From contig JAXGPA010000001.1 of assembly GCA_040767195.1 (NCBI GenBank), forward strand, positions 736,001-800,000: a DNA stretch of 64,000 nucleotides, read 5' to 3'. Positions 1 through 9,272 of this stretch are shown here, one piece after another. This DNA is from Syntrophales bacterium. Lineage in GTDB: Bacteria; Desulfobacterota; Syntrophia; Syntrophales; UBA6807. The position numbers were made by a program, and so were the translations under genes. The notes beneath the pieces were generated by a model. That model searched no databases. It saw only the letters and a program-made list of their open reading frames with translations, and had not been told where the DNA came from. Numbering within the stretch: the stretch's first letter is position 1; the number at the start of each line of letters is the position of its first letter.

Positions 1-32
1 ATTAGGCAAAAAAGACGAAACGGAGAAAATTA

Positions 33-440
33 ATGACCGGTAAATTTCATTTCAAAGGCCCCGAAGCGGGATGGACATGGGGCGGAATCGGCAGTCTCAT
101 CTGGCTCCCCCTTATCGCCGTCCTTTTCCTCTGCCAGGGAAAAGCGTTCGCGGGAGTAGCCACCCTGCTGATTTTCGGGTGAGGCGTTTGCGCCGTGGTC
201 CGGTACGGACCCTGGAAATATCCCCATACGCCCCTGTGGAAAATTTACTCGGGCCTCGCGGCCTTTTACGCCCTTTCCGTCGTTGTCGTCTACAGCCTGT
301 GGGTTTTCGGAACCGCCCACGGATACCGGGGCCTGGGGCAGATCCTTTATTTCCTCTCGATCCTCCTCATCCCTGTTTTCGTTTTCGGCAACCGGACGTG
401 GAATGACCTGCACGGCGAAAAAAAAGAAAAGCCTGAATAG
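33..440 (+). CDS. Multi-TM membrane protein (135 codons) with in-frame TGA at 180-182; candidate selenoprotein or nonsense-mutated gene
   Basis: GGAG RBS at 22-25 and ATG at 33, same frame as the track ORF 195..440. Reads MTGKFHFKGPEAGWTWGGIGSLIWLPLIAVLFLCQGKAFAGVATLLIFG*GVCAVVRYGPWKYP..., hydrophobic on both sides of the TGA. Confidence 0.7.
183..211 (+). promoter_or_regulatory. Putative bacterial SECIS-like hairpin
   Basis: GGTCC-GGTAC-GGACC (197-211) forms a stem with a G/GU-containing apical loop about 20 nt after the UGA. A small GGCG-TTTG-CGCC hairpin lies directly after the UGA. Confidence 0.4.
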
Positions 441-445
441 AGGAC

Positions 446-1195
446 ATGAGGAAAGCGGAAGAAACGGGGCTCGAAGGGGAACTCAAAGGGCTTCTTTACG
501 AAAAAGGCGCCTCGGCGGCCGCCTTCGCCGACCTGGGACACCTTCCCGGCGGCCCTCCCCGGGGAATGAACCGGGCCGTTTCCCTGGCCGTCGCCCTGGA
601 CCGGGACATTTTAGCGGGGATCCATGACGGGCCCACCAGGCCCTATTTCAGGGAATACGAACGGGTGAACGAACGGATTGACGGCCTGTGCCGCCTCGCC
701 GCTGCACGGCTCGAAGGGGCGGGATACCGGGCCATCCCCCTTTTCCCGACGACGGAAAACTGGGACCGCGAAACCCTCGCCGCCGATTTCCCCCACAAGA
801 CGGCAGCGACCCGGGCGGGTCTTGGCTGGATCGGAAAATCCGATCTTCTCATCACGGAGCGTTTCGGAGCGGCCATCCGGCTGGGAACGGTCCTCACCGA
901 CGCCCCCCTGGAACCGGCGGAACCGGTGGACGTTTCCCGCTGCGGGCGCTGCCGGGCCTGTGTGGACCGCTGTCCCGCCGGCGCCATTCAAGGTCCGGAC
1001 TGGCAAAAGGGGGTGCCCCGGGAGGTTCTCTACCGGGCCGCATCGTGCGCCGAAACGGCCCGCCGTTTCTCCGACGCTCTCGCCATACCCGCGACGATCT
1101 GCGGCATCTGCATCGTGGCCTGCCCCTGGACACAGAAGTACATGAAAGGCGGGCCTCACCCCGGGGAGGCTGAAAACCCCGAAAAACCCCTTTAA
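446..1195 (+). CDS. QueG-like / 4Fe-4S double-cluster protein (epoxyqueuosine reductase family)
   Basis: HKTAATRAGLGWIGKS..RLGTVLTDAPL, CGRCRACVDRCP and CGICIVACP motifs. Confidence 0.8.
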   Translation: MRKAEETGLEGELKGLLYEKGASAAAFADLGHLPGGPPRGMNRAVSLAVALDRDILAGIHDGPTRPYFREYERVNERIDGLCRLAAARLEGAGYRAIPLFPTTENWDRETLAADFPHKTAATRAGLGWIGKSDLLITERFGAAIRLGTVLTDAPLEPAEPVDVSRCGRCRACVDRCPAGAIQGPDWQKGVPREVLYRAASCAETARRFSDALAIPATICGICIVACPWTQKYMKGGPHPGEAENPEKPL

Positions 1196-2016
1196 GACTC
1201 CCCTGTGTCGGCCCCGCCCCGCCTGAAAACGGGCTTTCGCCTTTCCCGCTGGGCCCGGACACCCTCCCGGGCTTCCTCACTGGAGAAAACGGGCATCCCC
1301 AGCTCAAGCTCCTTCTCCAAGGCGTCCTCCAGGGAAAGCCCCCGGATCCGCCGGGATAGACGGACCATGGTGCGCACCGACATGGGGCCGTTTGAGGCGA
1401 TACGTTCCGCCAGGGTCATGGCCTCCTCCATGAGCTTTTCCCGGGGAACCACCCGGTTCAGGAACCCCCAGTCACAGAGGGTGGCGGCGGAAAAGTTGTT
1501 TCCCGTGAGCAGGATCTCCAGGGCCCTCGCTTTTCCCACTTCCATGGGAAGAAAGACGTTGCTGCCGCCGACGGGCATGATTCCCAGGGTGGTCTCCCGC
1601 ATCTGGAAGACGGCATCTTCAGATGCCACCCGCAGGTCACAGCCCATGACCATCTCGAATCCCCCGGTGAGGCAGCAGCCGTTGACGGCCGCGATGACGG
1701 GGCGGTCCAGGTCCCGTATTTTCAGCATCGCTTTGCCCACGGCCCCGCCCCAGGATATGATCCACCGTTCCGCTTCCGTCTCCGGTTTCCGGGCCGCCGT
1801 GAGAACGGGGATGGCCGTGCGCAGATCCATTCCGGAACAGAAGATGTCCGGGAGGGCGGAGTAAAGGATCACCACCCGGATCCCGTCGTCTTTCTGGCAC
1901 CTCTCCCAGATCCGGTGAAGTTCCAGGAGCACCTCGGGGCTCAAGGCGTTTCTTGTCTCGGGGATATTCAGGCCCACCCGGGCCACCGCCCCTTCCACCG
2001 TAAAATCGACACCCAT
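1192..2016 (-). CDS. Enoyl-CoA hydratase/isomerase family protein
   Basis: FCSGMDL, PVIAAVNG..GGFEM..CDLRVA and MRET; both catalytic Glu positions are present. Confidence 0.9.
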   Translation of the reverse strand: MGVDFTVEGAVARVGLNIPETRNALSPEVLLELHRIWERCQKDDGIRVVILYSALPDIFCSGMDLRTAIPVLTAARKPETEAERWIISWGGAVGKAMLKIRDLDRPVIAAVNGCCLTGGFEMVMGCDLRVASEDAVFQMRETTLGIMPVGGSNVFLPMEVGKARALEILLTGNNFSAATLCDWGFLNRVVPREKLMEEAMTLAERIASNGPMSVRTMVRLSRRIRGLSLEDALEKELELGMPVFSSEEAREGVRAQRERRKPVFRRGGADTGES

Positions 2017-2210
2017 TTTTCACCCTCCTTTCGCCCCGCTCCCGACCGTCCCGTTGGACAGGAGAGGACGATCATGGTATAGTTCATCCGTGCCTTGGAA
2101 AGACAAAGGGGCTCCGCAAAAGGAAAATCCCCCCTCACCGTCGTGCCCGTCCCCTTAACAGACCCTTTTCCCCCGGAAGCGGAAAAAACGATTTGAGTGA
2201 AAGGTATACC

Positions 2211-2636
2211 ATGAGGCTCGCCGTCCTTGAAACGGAAAAATGCGTGGGCTGTCAGAGCTGCATGTTCGCGTGCTCGAGAAGACAGGACGAAGGGGGCCTG
2301 TCTAAAACCTGTATCGGCGTCCGGTCCATCGGGGGCATGGAACGGGGATTCACCGTCGTCGTCTGCAGGGCCTGCGAGGATCCCCCCTGCGCCAGGGTGT
2401 GCCCCACCGATGCCCTTGTTCTGCGGCCGGGCGGCGGGGTAACCCTGGACATGGAACGCTGTATCGGGTGCGGACACTGCCGGGAGGCCTGTCTCATCGG
2501 GGCGGTCTACTGGGATGACGAGATCAACAAGCCCATGATCTGCGTCCACTGCGGGTTCTGTATACGCTTCTGCCCTCACGGCGTCCTGGGTCTTCAGAAA
2601 AGGAAGGAGGTATCCCGTCTTGCTGGAAAAGGATAA
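2211..2636 (+). CDS. 4Fe-4S dicluster ferredoxin-like subunit (AOR partner)
   Basis: Multiple Cys clusters (CVGCQSCMFAC, CRACEDPPCARVCP, CIGCGHCREAC, CVHCGFCIRFCP); overlaps the AOR gene. Confidence 0.9.
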   Translation: MRLAVLETEKCVGCQSCMFACSRRQDEGGLSKTCIGVRSIGGMERGFTVVVCRACEDPPCARVCPTDALVLRPGGGVTLDMERCIGCGHCREACLIGAVYWDDEINKPMICVHCGFCIRFCPHGVLGLQKRKEVSRLAGKG

Positions 2637-4413
2637 CCTCTCACGGGTCCTTCATGTCGATCTCACGAAGCGGACCTTCCATGTGGAACAGAGAAAAGAT
2701 CTTTTCTCCCGCTTTCTCGGAGGTACTGGTGTCGCCGCCCATCTTCTCCGGGAAGCCTGTCCCCCGGGGGCCGACCCCCTGGGTCCCGACAACCCCATCA
2801 TTTTTTCGGTAGGTCCCCTGACGGGGCTTTTTCCCCTGGCCTCCAAGACCGTGGCCTTTTTCAAGTCCCCCCACACGGGAAACCTGGGGGAAAGCCACTG
2901 CGGGGGCCGGAGTGCCGTCGCCCTGCGCATGGCCGGCTACGGGGCTGTGGTCATAAAGGGCGCCAGCGACATGCCCGTTTATCTGTCCGTGGACGGCACC
3001 GGCGTCCGTTTCCGGGACGCCTCGTCCCTGTGGAACATGGGCAGCTTTTCATCGGGAAGAATCATCAGGGAAAAGGAACCGGGCTCCGGTTTCCGGACCA
3101 TCATGCGGATCGGCCGGGGAGGGGAGAACCTCGTCTCCTATGCCTCGGTGATGACGGAAACCTACCGCCACTTCGGCAGGCTGGGCCTGGGCGCCGTTTT
3201 CGGGAGCAAAAAGCTGAAGGCCGTGGTCATCTCAGGGCGGAGTTCCCTTCCCGTCCGCGATCCCCGGGAGTATCGGAAGCTCTACTCGGAAATTTACGAG
3301 GCGGCGGTGAAATCGCCGGTCATGAAGAAATACCACGACCTGGGAACGGCTGAAAACATTCTCCCCTTGAGCCGGTTCGGGGGACTGCCCACGAGAAACC
3401 TGCAGGCGGCCCGTTTTGAAAAGGCTGACGCCGTTTCCGGGGAGGCTTTCGCCAATGAATTTTTAGGGCGGAGGCTGGCCTGCTCCCATTGCCCGGTGGG
3501 GTGCATCCACATCGCCGCCCTCCGGGAGCCCTATGAGGATGAAGCTTACTTCTACAAGACATCCATGATCTCCTATGATTACGAACCCATCTACGCCCTG
3601 GGAACCATGCTCGGCATCGCAAGCCCCGAGGGATTTCTCAAGCTCATGGACCGGGTGGAAACCTTGGGTATCGACGCCATGAGCACCGGCGTCGCCCTGG
3701 CCTGGGCCACCGAAGCTCTCGAAAAGGGCCGGATCACGGAAGAGGAGACGGGGGGGATTCCGCTTCGATGGGGGGACTTCGGCGCTTACATCCGCGCCGC
3801 TGAAGCCGTCGTGGCCCAGGAAAATGAATTCTACCGGCTTCTTGCGCGGGGTGTGGATGCCGCCTCTTCCGCCTACGGCGGGGAGGAATATGCCCTGGCC
3901 TTCGGAAAGAATGAAATGCCCGGGTACCACACCGGACCGGCGGGCTACCTGGGATATCTCATCGGGGCGCGGCACAGCCACCTGGACAACGCCGGATACA
4001 GCCTGGACCAGAAAGAACTGGCCCGGAGGGAAATGCCCCCGGAAGACGTCGTGGACGCGCTCATCCGTGAGGAGGGCTGGCGCCAGATCCTCTCGAGTCT
4101 CGTCATCTGCTTCTTCGCCCGGGGCATCTACACGCCGGAGGTCGTCTGCCGTCTCCTCGGCCAGGCGGGTTTCGACAGGGACCCCAACGCCCTCGACACC
4201 CTGGGGCAGAGCATTCTCGCAGAAAAGTACCGCTTCAAGACGCGGGAAGGATTCCGGTGGGAATCCCTTCGTCTGCCGGCGCGGATCTTCGAGACACCCT
4301 CTCCGGTACCCGGAATGAGCGAATCCTTTCTCCGGCAAGGGCTAGCCCACGCCCGGAAGAAACTTGAAAAGTCCCTGGGGGAAATCGGAAGTCCGGTCTC
4401 ACCGGATTCATGA
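2620..4413 (+). CDS. Aldehyde ferredoxin oxidoreductase family (W/Mo-pterin)
   Basis: FLGGTG, KSPHTG, GRLGLGAVFGSKKLKAV, CSHCPVGC, EPIYALG and LGIDAMSTG motifs; 597 aa. Confidence 0.9.
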   Translation: MLEKDNLSRVLHVDLTKRTFHVEQRKDLFSRFLGGTGVAAHLLREACPPGADPLGPDNPIIFSVGPLTGLFPLASKTVAFFKSPHTGNLGESHCGGRSAVALRMAGYGAVVIKGASDMPVYLSVDGTGVRFRDASSLWNMGSFSSGRIIREKEPGSGFRTIMRIGRGGENLVSYASVMTETYRHFGRLGLGAVFGSKKLKAVVISGRSSLPVRDPREYRKLYSEIYEAAVKSPVMKKYHDLGTAENILPLSRFGGLPTRNLQAARFEKADAVSGEAFANEFLGRRLACSHCPVGCIHIAALREPYEDEAYFYKTSMISYDYEPIYALGTMLGIASPEGFLKLMDRVETLGIDAMSTGVALAWATEALEKGRITEEETGGIPLRWGDFGAYIRAAEAVVAQENEFYRLLARGVDAASSAYGGEEYALAFGKNEMPGYHTGPAGYLGYLIGARHSHLDNAGYSLDQKELARREMPPEDVVDALIREEGWRQILSSLVICFFARGIYTPEVVCRLLGQAGFDRDPNALDTLGQSILAEKYRFKTREGFRWESLRLPARIFETPSPVPGMSESFLRQGLAHARKKLEKSLGEIGSPVSPDS

Positions 4414-4445
4414 ACATGGCCCGGTAAGACAGGCTGCCGGGAAAT

Positions 4446-4473
4446 TAAAAAGTGGAAGGCCGGGGCCTTCCAC
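4446..4473 (-). terminator. Intrinsic terminator oriented for the minus strand
   Basis: Minus strand GTGGAAGGC-cccg-GCCTTCCAC followed by TTTTT; no T-run on the plus side. Confidence 0.75.
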
Positions 4474-4617
4474 CGGTGTATGAAAACTGCAAGGCTCCAC
4501 CAAGGCGGATCCTCCCAGGTTGCCCCGAGGGGGGCTGGTGGGTGGATAAGGAGGGGGGGAACCACCCACCAGGGCAGGAAAAACCACTCGCAAGAGGAAA
4601 AAGGCTGTCGTCTTGCC

Positions 4618-4836
4618 TCAGATCTCCCCGGTTTCCGTTTTATTGGAAACCACCATGTGAGGTTTCAGAACGACTACAAGATTCTGCCAGATCTCCTCCA
4701 GTGAAAAAAAACGATCGATCTGCAAAACGATATAATCACCGTTCTTGCCGACTCTCTGTACCGGACCGGCCCGGTACCCTTGCCGCACCCACCGGTCTTC
4801 CTGATTCCGCGCATGGATCTCGCCGCTTAAAACCAT
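4618..4836 (-). CDS. Small hypothetical protein (72 aa, MVLSGEIHARNQEDRW...)
   Basis: ATG preceded by GAGGG at 7 nt; lies inside the candidate sigma54 transcript; no family recognised. Confidence 0.45.
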   Translation of the reverse strand: MVLSGEIHARNQEDRWVRQGYRAGPVQRVGKNGDYIVLQIDRFFSLEEIWQNLVVVLKPHMVVSNKTETGEI

Positions 4837-5100
4837 GGACTTACCCTCAACAAAACTTCCTCGAAAACACAAACAGGCCCGGTGCCCTTTTTTTGAGAGG
4901 GAGATCATCAGGTCACGACCCTGAACAGGCGGTAAAGAAAGGCACCCAATCGCTTTTTTGAACTGTCAGGATGTGAAGCTCAATGGAAATGGAATCGCCA
5001 ATCCCCTCTTATTTTAGAGGAAGCCAGGGAAAGGGGCCCGGCGGATGGAAAGGAGGGGCCCGTAAACCATCCGCCGCAATGAGAAACGTTTTTATTCTGA

Positions 5101-5117
5101 TACAGGAATCGTGCCAG
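5101..5117 (-). promoter_or_regulatory. Sigma54 (-24/-12)-like promoter
   Basis: Minus strand CTGGCACGATTCCTGTA: canonical TGGCACG, with GG-N10-GT instead of GG-N10-GC. Confidence 0.55.
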
Positions 5118-5283
5118 AAAGAGAAAACGGAGGCAGGGTGCCGTCAGCCCCTGTTCCGGGGCCCGGAAACATGTCTCCCGTCTCCCGGCAGGCCCGTCAG
5201 AAAAGGGAAATCGCCTGCCCATATGGCACGGAAGGGCTCTTCGAATCGTGATTTGTTTAAAGAATACGGCCTTCAGGACCAAC

Positions 5284-5319
5284 TGCGCCAAAATGGCCCA
5301 TTGATGCCATTATGACGTG
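5284..5319. promoter_or_regulatory. Tandem putative enhancer (bEBP) binding sites
   Basis: TGCGCCAAAATGGCCCA (5284-5300) and GATGCCATTATGACGTG (5303-5319), imperfect inverted repeats about 170-200 bp upstream of the sigma54-like promoter. Confidence 0.5.
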
Positions 5320-5320
5320 A

Positions 5321-6694
5321 TTATTTCAGGTCCTTCAGTTTTCGATGGAGTGTCCTCAATCCGATTCCAAGAATCTTCGCCGCTCGGGTCCGGTTCTGTC
5401 CCGTCGACGCCAGGACACGAAGAATGTGTTCCTTCTCCACTTCCGCCAGGGTCATTTCCCGAGAAGGCTCCTGCATTTCAACCCGGGGGGACCGGAGATG
5501 CCCCTCCATGGAAAAAAGGGTAAGTTCCTTCTGTTTCTCGAGGAGCACCGCCTTGGCCACGATGTGTTCCAGTTCCCGGACATTTCCCGGATAGTCCCAT
5601 TCCACGAGAGCTTTTTCCAAATCATCTTTTATCTTTATAATATTTTTGTTATTTTTCTCTCCATGAAGACGGAGAAAGTGGTAGGCCAGGGGCAGGATGT
5701 CGTCTTTTCTTTCCCGAAGAGGCGGAATGTGAATGTGAAACATGTTCAGCCGGTAAAAGAGGTCCCGGCGAAGGCGCCCGTTCTCAATGGCCGTGCGGAG
5801 GTCCGCGTTGGTGGCCGAAACGATGCGGACATTCACGTCTCGAAGTTCCGTGCTGCCGAGACGATAAAATTCCCTCTCCTGGATGACCCGGAGGAATTTT
5901 CCCTGGAGAGCCGGGTCCAGTTCCGTAATCTCGTCCAGAAACAGGGTTCCTTCCCGGGCCGCCTCGAAAAAACCTTTTTTTTCGTGGGTGGCCCCCGTGT
6001 AGGCTCCCCTGACATGGCCGAAGAACTCGTCTTCGAAGAGATTGCGGTTGAATGACGCCATGTTCACGGCGATAAACGGCCCCTCCCGCCTCACGCTGAG
6101 GCGATGGATGATCCGGGCGAGAAGTTCCTTTCCCGTCCCCGACTCGCCTGTAATGACGACATTATAATCCGTGGGGGCGGCGATTTCAGCCTGGCGGAAA
6201 ACCATGGCCATGGACGAATCCCGGGCGACCATCTCCCCGAATGCCTCGGGATTCCGGATATCGGAAAAAGAAGGGGGTTTCTCATACAGGGCCAGGCTGT
6301 TCCGCAGGCTGTGCCTTTCCAGGGCCCGGTGAATGGCGATCATCATCTTTTCGCCGTTGACCGGCTTGACCAGGTAGTCGTAGGCGCCGAGCTTCATGGC
6401 CTGAACGGCGCTCGCCACATCGTCGACGGCGGTCACGACAATGCACTCCACCGAAGGAAATTCCTCCTTGATCCGCTGAAGGACCTCCATGCCGCTTATA
6501 TGGGGCATGATCAGGTCCTGAAGCACCAGAGCAAACCGGAACCGGCGAAGAAGCTCGAGAACCTTCCGGCTGTCCGACAGGAGGGCTGGTTCGGGTAGAC
6601 CGGCACTCATCAGGGTCGCCCGGATACTTAAAAGAAGCCCCTCGTCGTCGTCGACGACGAGGACGGAAGCGCCATTTTGCGGTATCGATTCCAT
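5321..6694 (-). CDS. Sigma54-dependent NtrC/AtoC-family response regulator
   Basis: Receiver domain (VVDDD, QDLIMP), GESGTGKE, GAYTGA, LFLDEI, YPGNVREL and a C-terminal Fis HTH. Confidence 0.95.
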   Translation of the reverse strand: MESIPQNGASVLVVDDDEGLLLSIRATLMSAGLPEPALLSDSRKVLELLRRFRFALVLQDLIMPHISGMEVLQRIKEEFPSVECIVVTAVDDVASAVQAMKLGAYDYLVKPVNGEKMMIAIHRALERHSLRNSLALYEKPPSFSDIRNPEAFGEMVARDSSMAMVFRQAEIAAPTDYNVVITGESGTGKELLARIIHRLSVRREGPFIAVNMASFNRNLFEDEFFGHVRGAYTGATHEKKGFFEAAREGTLFLDEITELDPALQGKFLRVIQEREFYRLGSTELRDVNVRIVSATNADLRTAIENGRLRRDLFYRLNMFHIHIPPLRERKDDILPLAYHFLRLHGEKNNKNIIKIKDDLEKALVEWDYPGNVRELEHIVAKAVLLEKQKELTLFSMEGHLRSPRVEMQEPSREMTLAEVEKEHILRVLASTGQNRTRAAKILGIGLRTLHRKLKDLK

Positions 6695-6701
6695 CCTGTC
6701 C

Positions 6702-9272
6702 TCATTGTGAAATTTCCGGACCGCCAATGGGAAAGGAAACAGTAAAAACGGTTCCCTGGTCATTTTCGCTCCGGAACGCAATGTTTCCCCCATGGGCCTC
6801 TACCAGGTTTCGGGTGATGGAAAGGCCCAGCCCCGTTCCTCCGTCGGCCTGCCGGGTTGTCATAAAGGGATCGAAAATCCGTTCTCCGATGGAAGAATCG
6901 ATCCCCCCCCCGTTGTCGGCAATGGAGACAAATACCTGATGAGGTGCCGGAGTCAAACCCGTGACGATGGAAACCCTGCCCTCCTCATGCTTGATGGCCT
7001 GAACAGCATTCAGTAGAATATTGACAACCATCTGCTCGACACTGGGAAGATCGCCTTCGATCAGAGGCAGATCCGCAGCCAGTTCCAGATCCAGGACAAT
7101 TTCTCTTTTTCGAATAGTCGTCTCAACAAGACGGACGGCGTTTTCCACGGCCATGTTCAATGCAACAGGCTTCTTCTCCATGAGAACGCTGGATTTTCTG
7201 GTGTAGTCCTTCAGGTTCTGGACGGTCCGGCAGATCCGGTTTGAGGCCATTTCCATGTCCGAAAGCAGCTGCGGGAGATTCTCCTTCAGAAACGCCATGG
7301 GAAGACCCCCGTACTTCGCCCCTTGAAACGCTTCCTCCTTCCCCTCCAGAACGGGCATGGCGTCGTTCCAGATCTTCCGGAGAAGAGGAATGTCAAAAAG
7401 GATCTTATTGACAGGATTGTTTATTTCATGGGCCACGCCGGCGACGAGGCTCCCCAGGGTCTCCATTTTCTGGGCATGAAAAAGCTGGTTTTCCAGGTTT
7501 CTTTTTTCCTCTTCCGCGATTTTTCGATCCATGATGTCTTCCATCATGGCCAGGAAGTACCGTGGGTTTCCCTCTTCGTCCCGGATCAGCGACGCCGTGA
7601 CATGAACCCAGACAGCCTCACCGTTTTCCCGGAGGTAACGCTTTTCCGTTTTGTAATAGGGAATCTCACCCCTCAGGAGCCTGTCCACCTGTGTCCTGTC
7701 ACTCTCCCGGTGATCCGGGTGGGTGATGTCGAGATACGTGCGGCCGATGATATCCTCTTCTTCCGCTCCCAGAATCCGGCACAGGGTCTCGTTGACCCGG
7801 ACGAAACGGAAATCCAGCCCGAGAACGGCCATTCCGAGCACCCCGCCCTCGAAGATCTTCCTGAAACGTTCCTCGCTTTCCCTGAGCCGATCTTCCGCCT
7901 GTTTCCGTTCCGTGATGTCCTCTCCGTGGGCGATCGCTGTATAATGGTCCGCATCGTCGTCTTCAAGTATTCTGGCAGCCCTCCACCGCGCCGTGCGGAT
8001 TTCCCCGTTTTTTCCCAGAACGGGGATTTCGACGCCGGGAGAAGGAATTTCCCCGCGGGACGCTTCCTCCATCGCCCGGAGGCATTCCCGACGGTCTCTT
8101 TCAGGAAAAATAATCTCCAGGGAGCGCCCGGCCATATCACCGGCCCGGCGGCCGACCATTTTTTCAAAGGCTTCATTGCAGAGCACGATTATCCCGTCAG
8201 GGTTCCAGGCAACGATGGGGGCATTGGCACATCGGATCAGGCTGTCCAGGAAATCCGTTTTTTTTCTCAATTCCGCTGTCTGACGGTCCACTTCCCTTTC
8301 CATCGACCTCGACCATCGGAAGGCGGTGCCCGTGGTCCACCACGCCGCGGTAAGAAGAATCGCCAGAACGAATCCCGATCCGAAAAGAACCTGACGATTC
8401 GCCTGCCATATCAGATCCTGAAAACGTGCCGCCGGCGAAGCAACGATGACGGTCCAGGAAGACGCCCCCATGGAAAGGGGGGAAAACACCGTCATCGTGT
8501 CCGCTCCCGCCAGGTTGAAGCGTCCCGTTCCTTCCCGGCTGTCCAGGATCGATTGGATCATGGTTGCCGGAAGGGCCATGGGATCCAGCGAGCGGGATGC
8601 CCGTTCCCCATCTTCAAAGGCTATGTGCCGGCCCTCGCCGCTGACAAGCCAGACCTGAATCGGCTGCCCTGTCACCAGGGGGTGGACGAATGTCCGCATC
8701 ACCTCCTGAAAATCGAAGGATAGAGCGAGAACGCCCGCGAAAGTATCCGTTTCCCCCTTTCGGGAAAGAACAGGGGCGGCAAAGCGGATCCTCTCTTCCC
8801 CCTGCTCGTTGACGATGACGGCGGATACGGCGGGGTTTTCCGTTTCCCGGACCGTCCGAAAATAATCTTCGCCGCTGTAATCCCGGGAGAGGAGATTTTT
8901 CCGCCAGCCCGAAGAGGGATAGATGGCCCGGAGGATTCCCCGGGAATCGATGAACCGGACAGAGGTCCTGGGCAGAAACCCCTGGAAGACCTGCTCCAGG
9001 TCCGGCACCGTGCCGTCCTGCCCGGGCAGGACGCGGGCCGGAGCCGAAAAGGTTTCCAGAGAAACGAAGATTTCCCGGAAATAGGTTTCCAGGCCCAGGG
9101 CGATGGATCGAGCCAGAAGGAGCTGCCTTTCGTTGAACCCGTCCAGGATCCTGTTTCGATTGTCGTCGTAGGCCCGCCATGCGAAATAAAAAACGAGAAA
9201 CATCATCACGAGGGCCACCGTGGCGACGATAACGTAAGACCGGGCGGCGGGTTTTCCGGAAGGGAAGGACAT
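6702..9272 (-). CDS. Membrane sensor histidine kinase (Cache-like, 2 PAS, HisKA/HATPase)
   Basis: Two TM helices, PAS/PAC repeats (EDITERK), GVAHEINNP, NILLNA, DNGGG and GTGLGL. Confidence 0.95.
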   Translation of the reverse strand: MSFPSGKPAARSYVIVATVALVMMFLVFYFAWRAYDDNRNRILDGFNERQLLLARSIALGLETYFREIFVSLETFSAPARVLPGQDGTVPDLEQVFQGFLPRTSVRFIDSRGILRAIYPSSGWRKNLLSRDYSGEDYFRTVRETENPAVSAVIVNEQGEERIRFAAPVLSRKGETDTFAGVLALSFDFQEVMRTFVHPLVTGQPIQVWLVSGEGRHIAFEDGERASRSLDPMALPATMIQSILDSREGTGRFNLAGADTMTVFSPLSMGASSWTVIVASPAARFQDLIWQANRQVLFGSGFVLAILLTAAWWTTGTAFRWSRSMEREVDRQTAELRKKTDFLDSLIRCANAPIVAWNPDGIIVLCNEAFEKMVGRRAGDMAGRSLEIIFPERDRRECLRAMEEASRGEIPSPGVEIPVLGKNGEIRTARWRAARILEDDDADHYTAIAHGEDITERKQAEDRLRESEERFRKIFEGGVLGMAVLGLDFRFVRVNETLCRILGAEEEDIIGRTYLDITHPDHRESDRTQVDRLLRGEIPYYKTEKRYLRENGEAVWVHVTASLIRDEEGNPRYFLAMMEDIMDRKIAEEEKRNLENQLFHAQKMETLGSLVAGVAHEINNPVNKILFDIPLLRKIWNDAMPVLEGKEEAFQGAKYGGLPMAFLKENLPQLLSDMEMASNRICRTVQNLKDYTRKSSVLMEKKPVALNMAVENAVRLVETTIRKREIVLDLELAADLPLIEGDLPSVEQMVVNILLNAVQAIKHEEGRVSIVTGLTPAPHQVFVSIADNGGGIDSSIGERIFDPFMTTRQADGGTGLGLSITRNLVEAHGGNIAFRSENDQGTVFTVSFPIGGPEISQ

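Larger units (their letters stand above)
4446..5090 (-). ncRNA. Candidate sigma54-dependent structured RNA (sRNA or dual-function mRNA) with anti-SD loops
   Basis: Bounded by a sigma54-like promoter (5101-5117) and a terminator (4446-4473). Hairpins at 5039-5076 and 4535-4572 both carry CCUCCUU in the loop. A further long stem lies at 4881-4946. Confidence 0.5.

Noticed and set aside
446..1195. Reductive dehalogenase
   Set aside because: Too short (249 aa) and no Tat signal; a QueG-like Fe-S family fits better.
4880..4955. Resemblance to a fluoride (crcB) riboswitch on the minus strand (GCGAU...ACCGCC...CUGAUGA)
   Set aside because: The P1 and pseudoknot pairings do not form as in the consensus; the segment pairs as one long stem instead, and no fluoride-related gene follows.
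5224..5238. Plus-strand TGGCACGGAAGGGCT as a sigma54 promoter
   Set aside because: GG to GC spacing is 9 rather than 10, and it points into the 3' end of a convergent gene.
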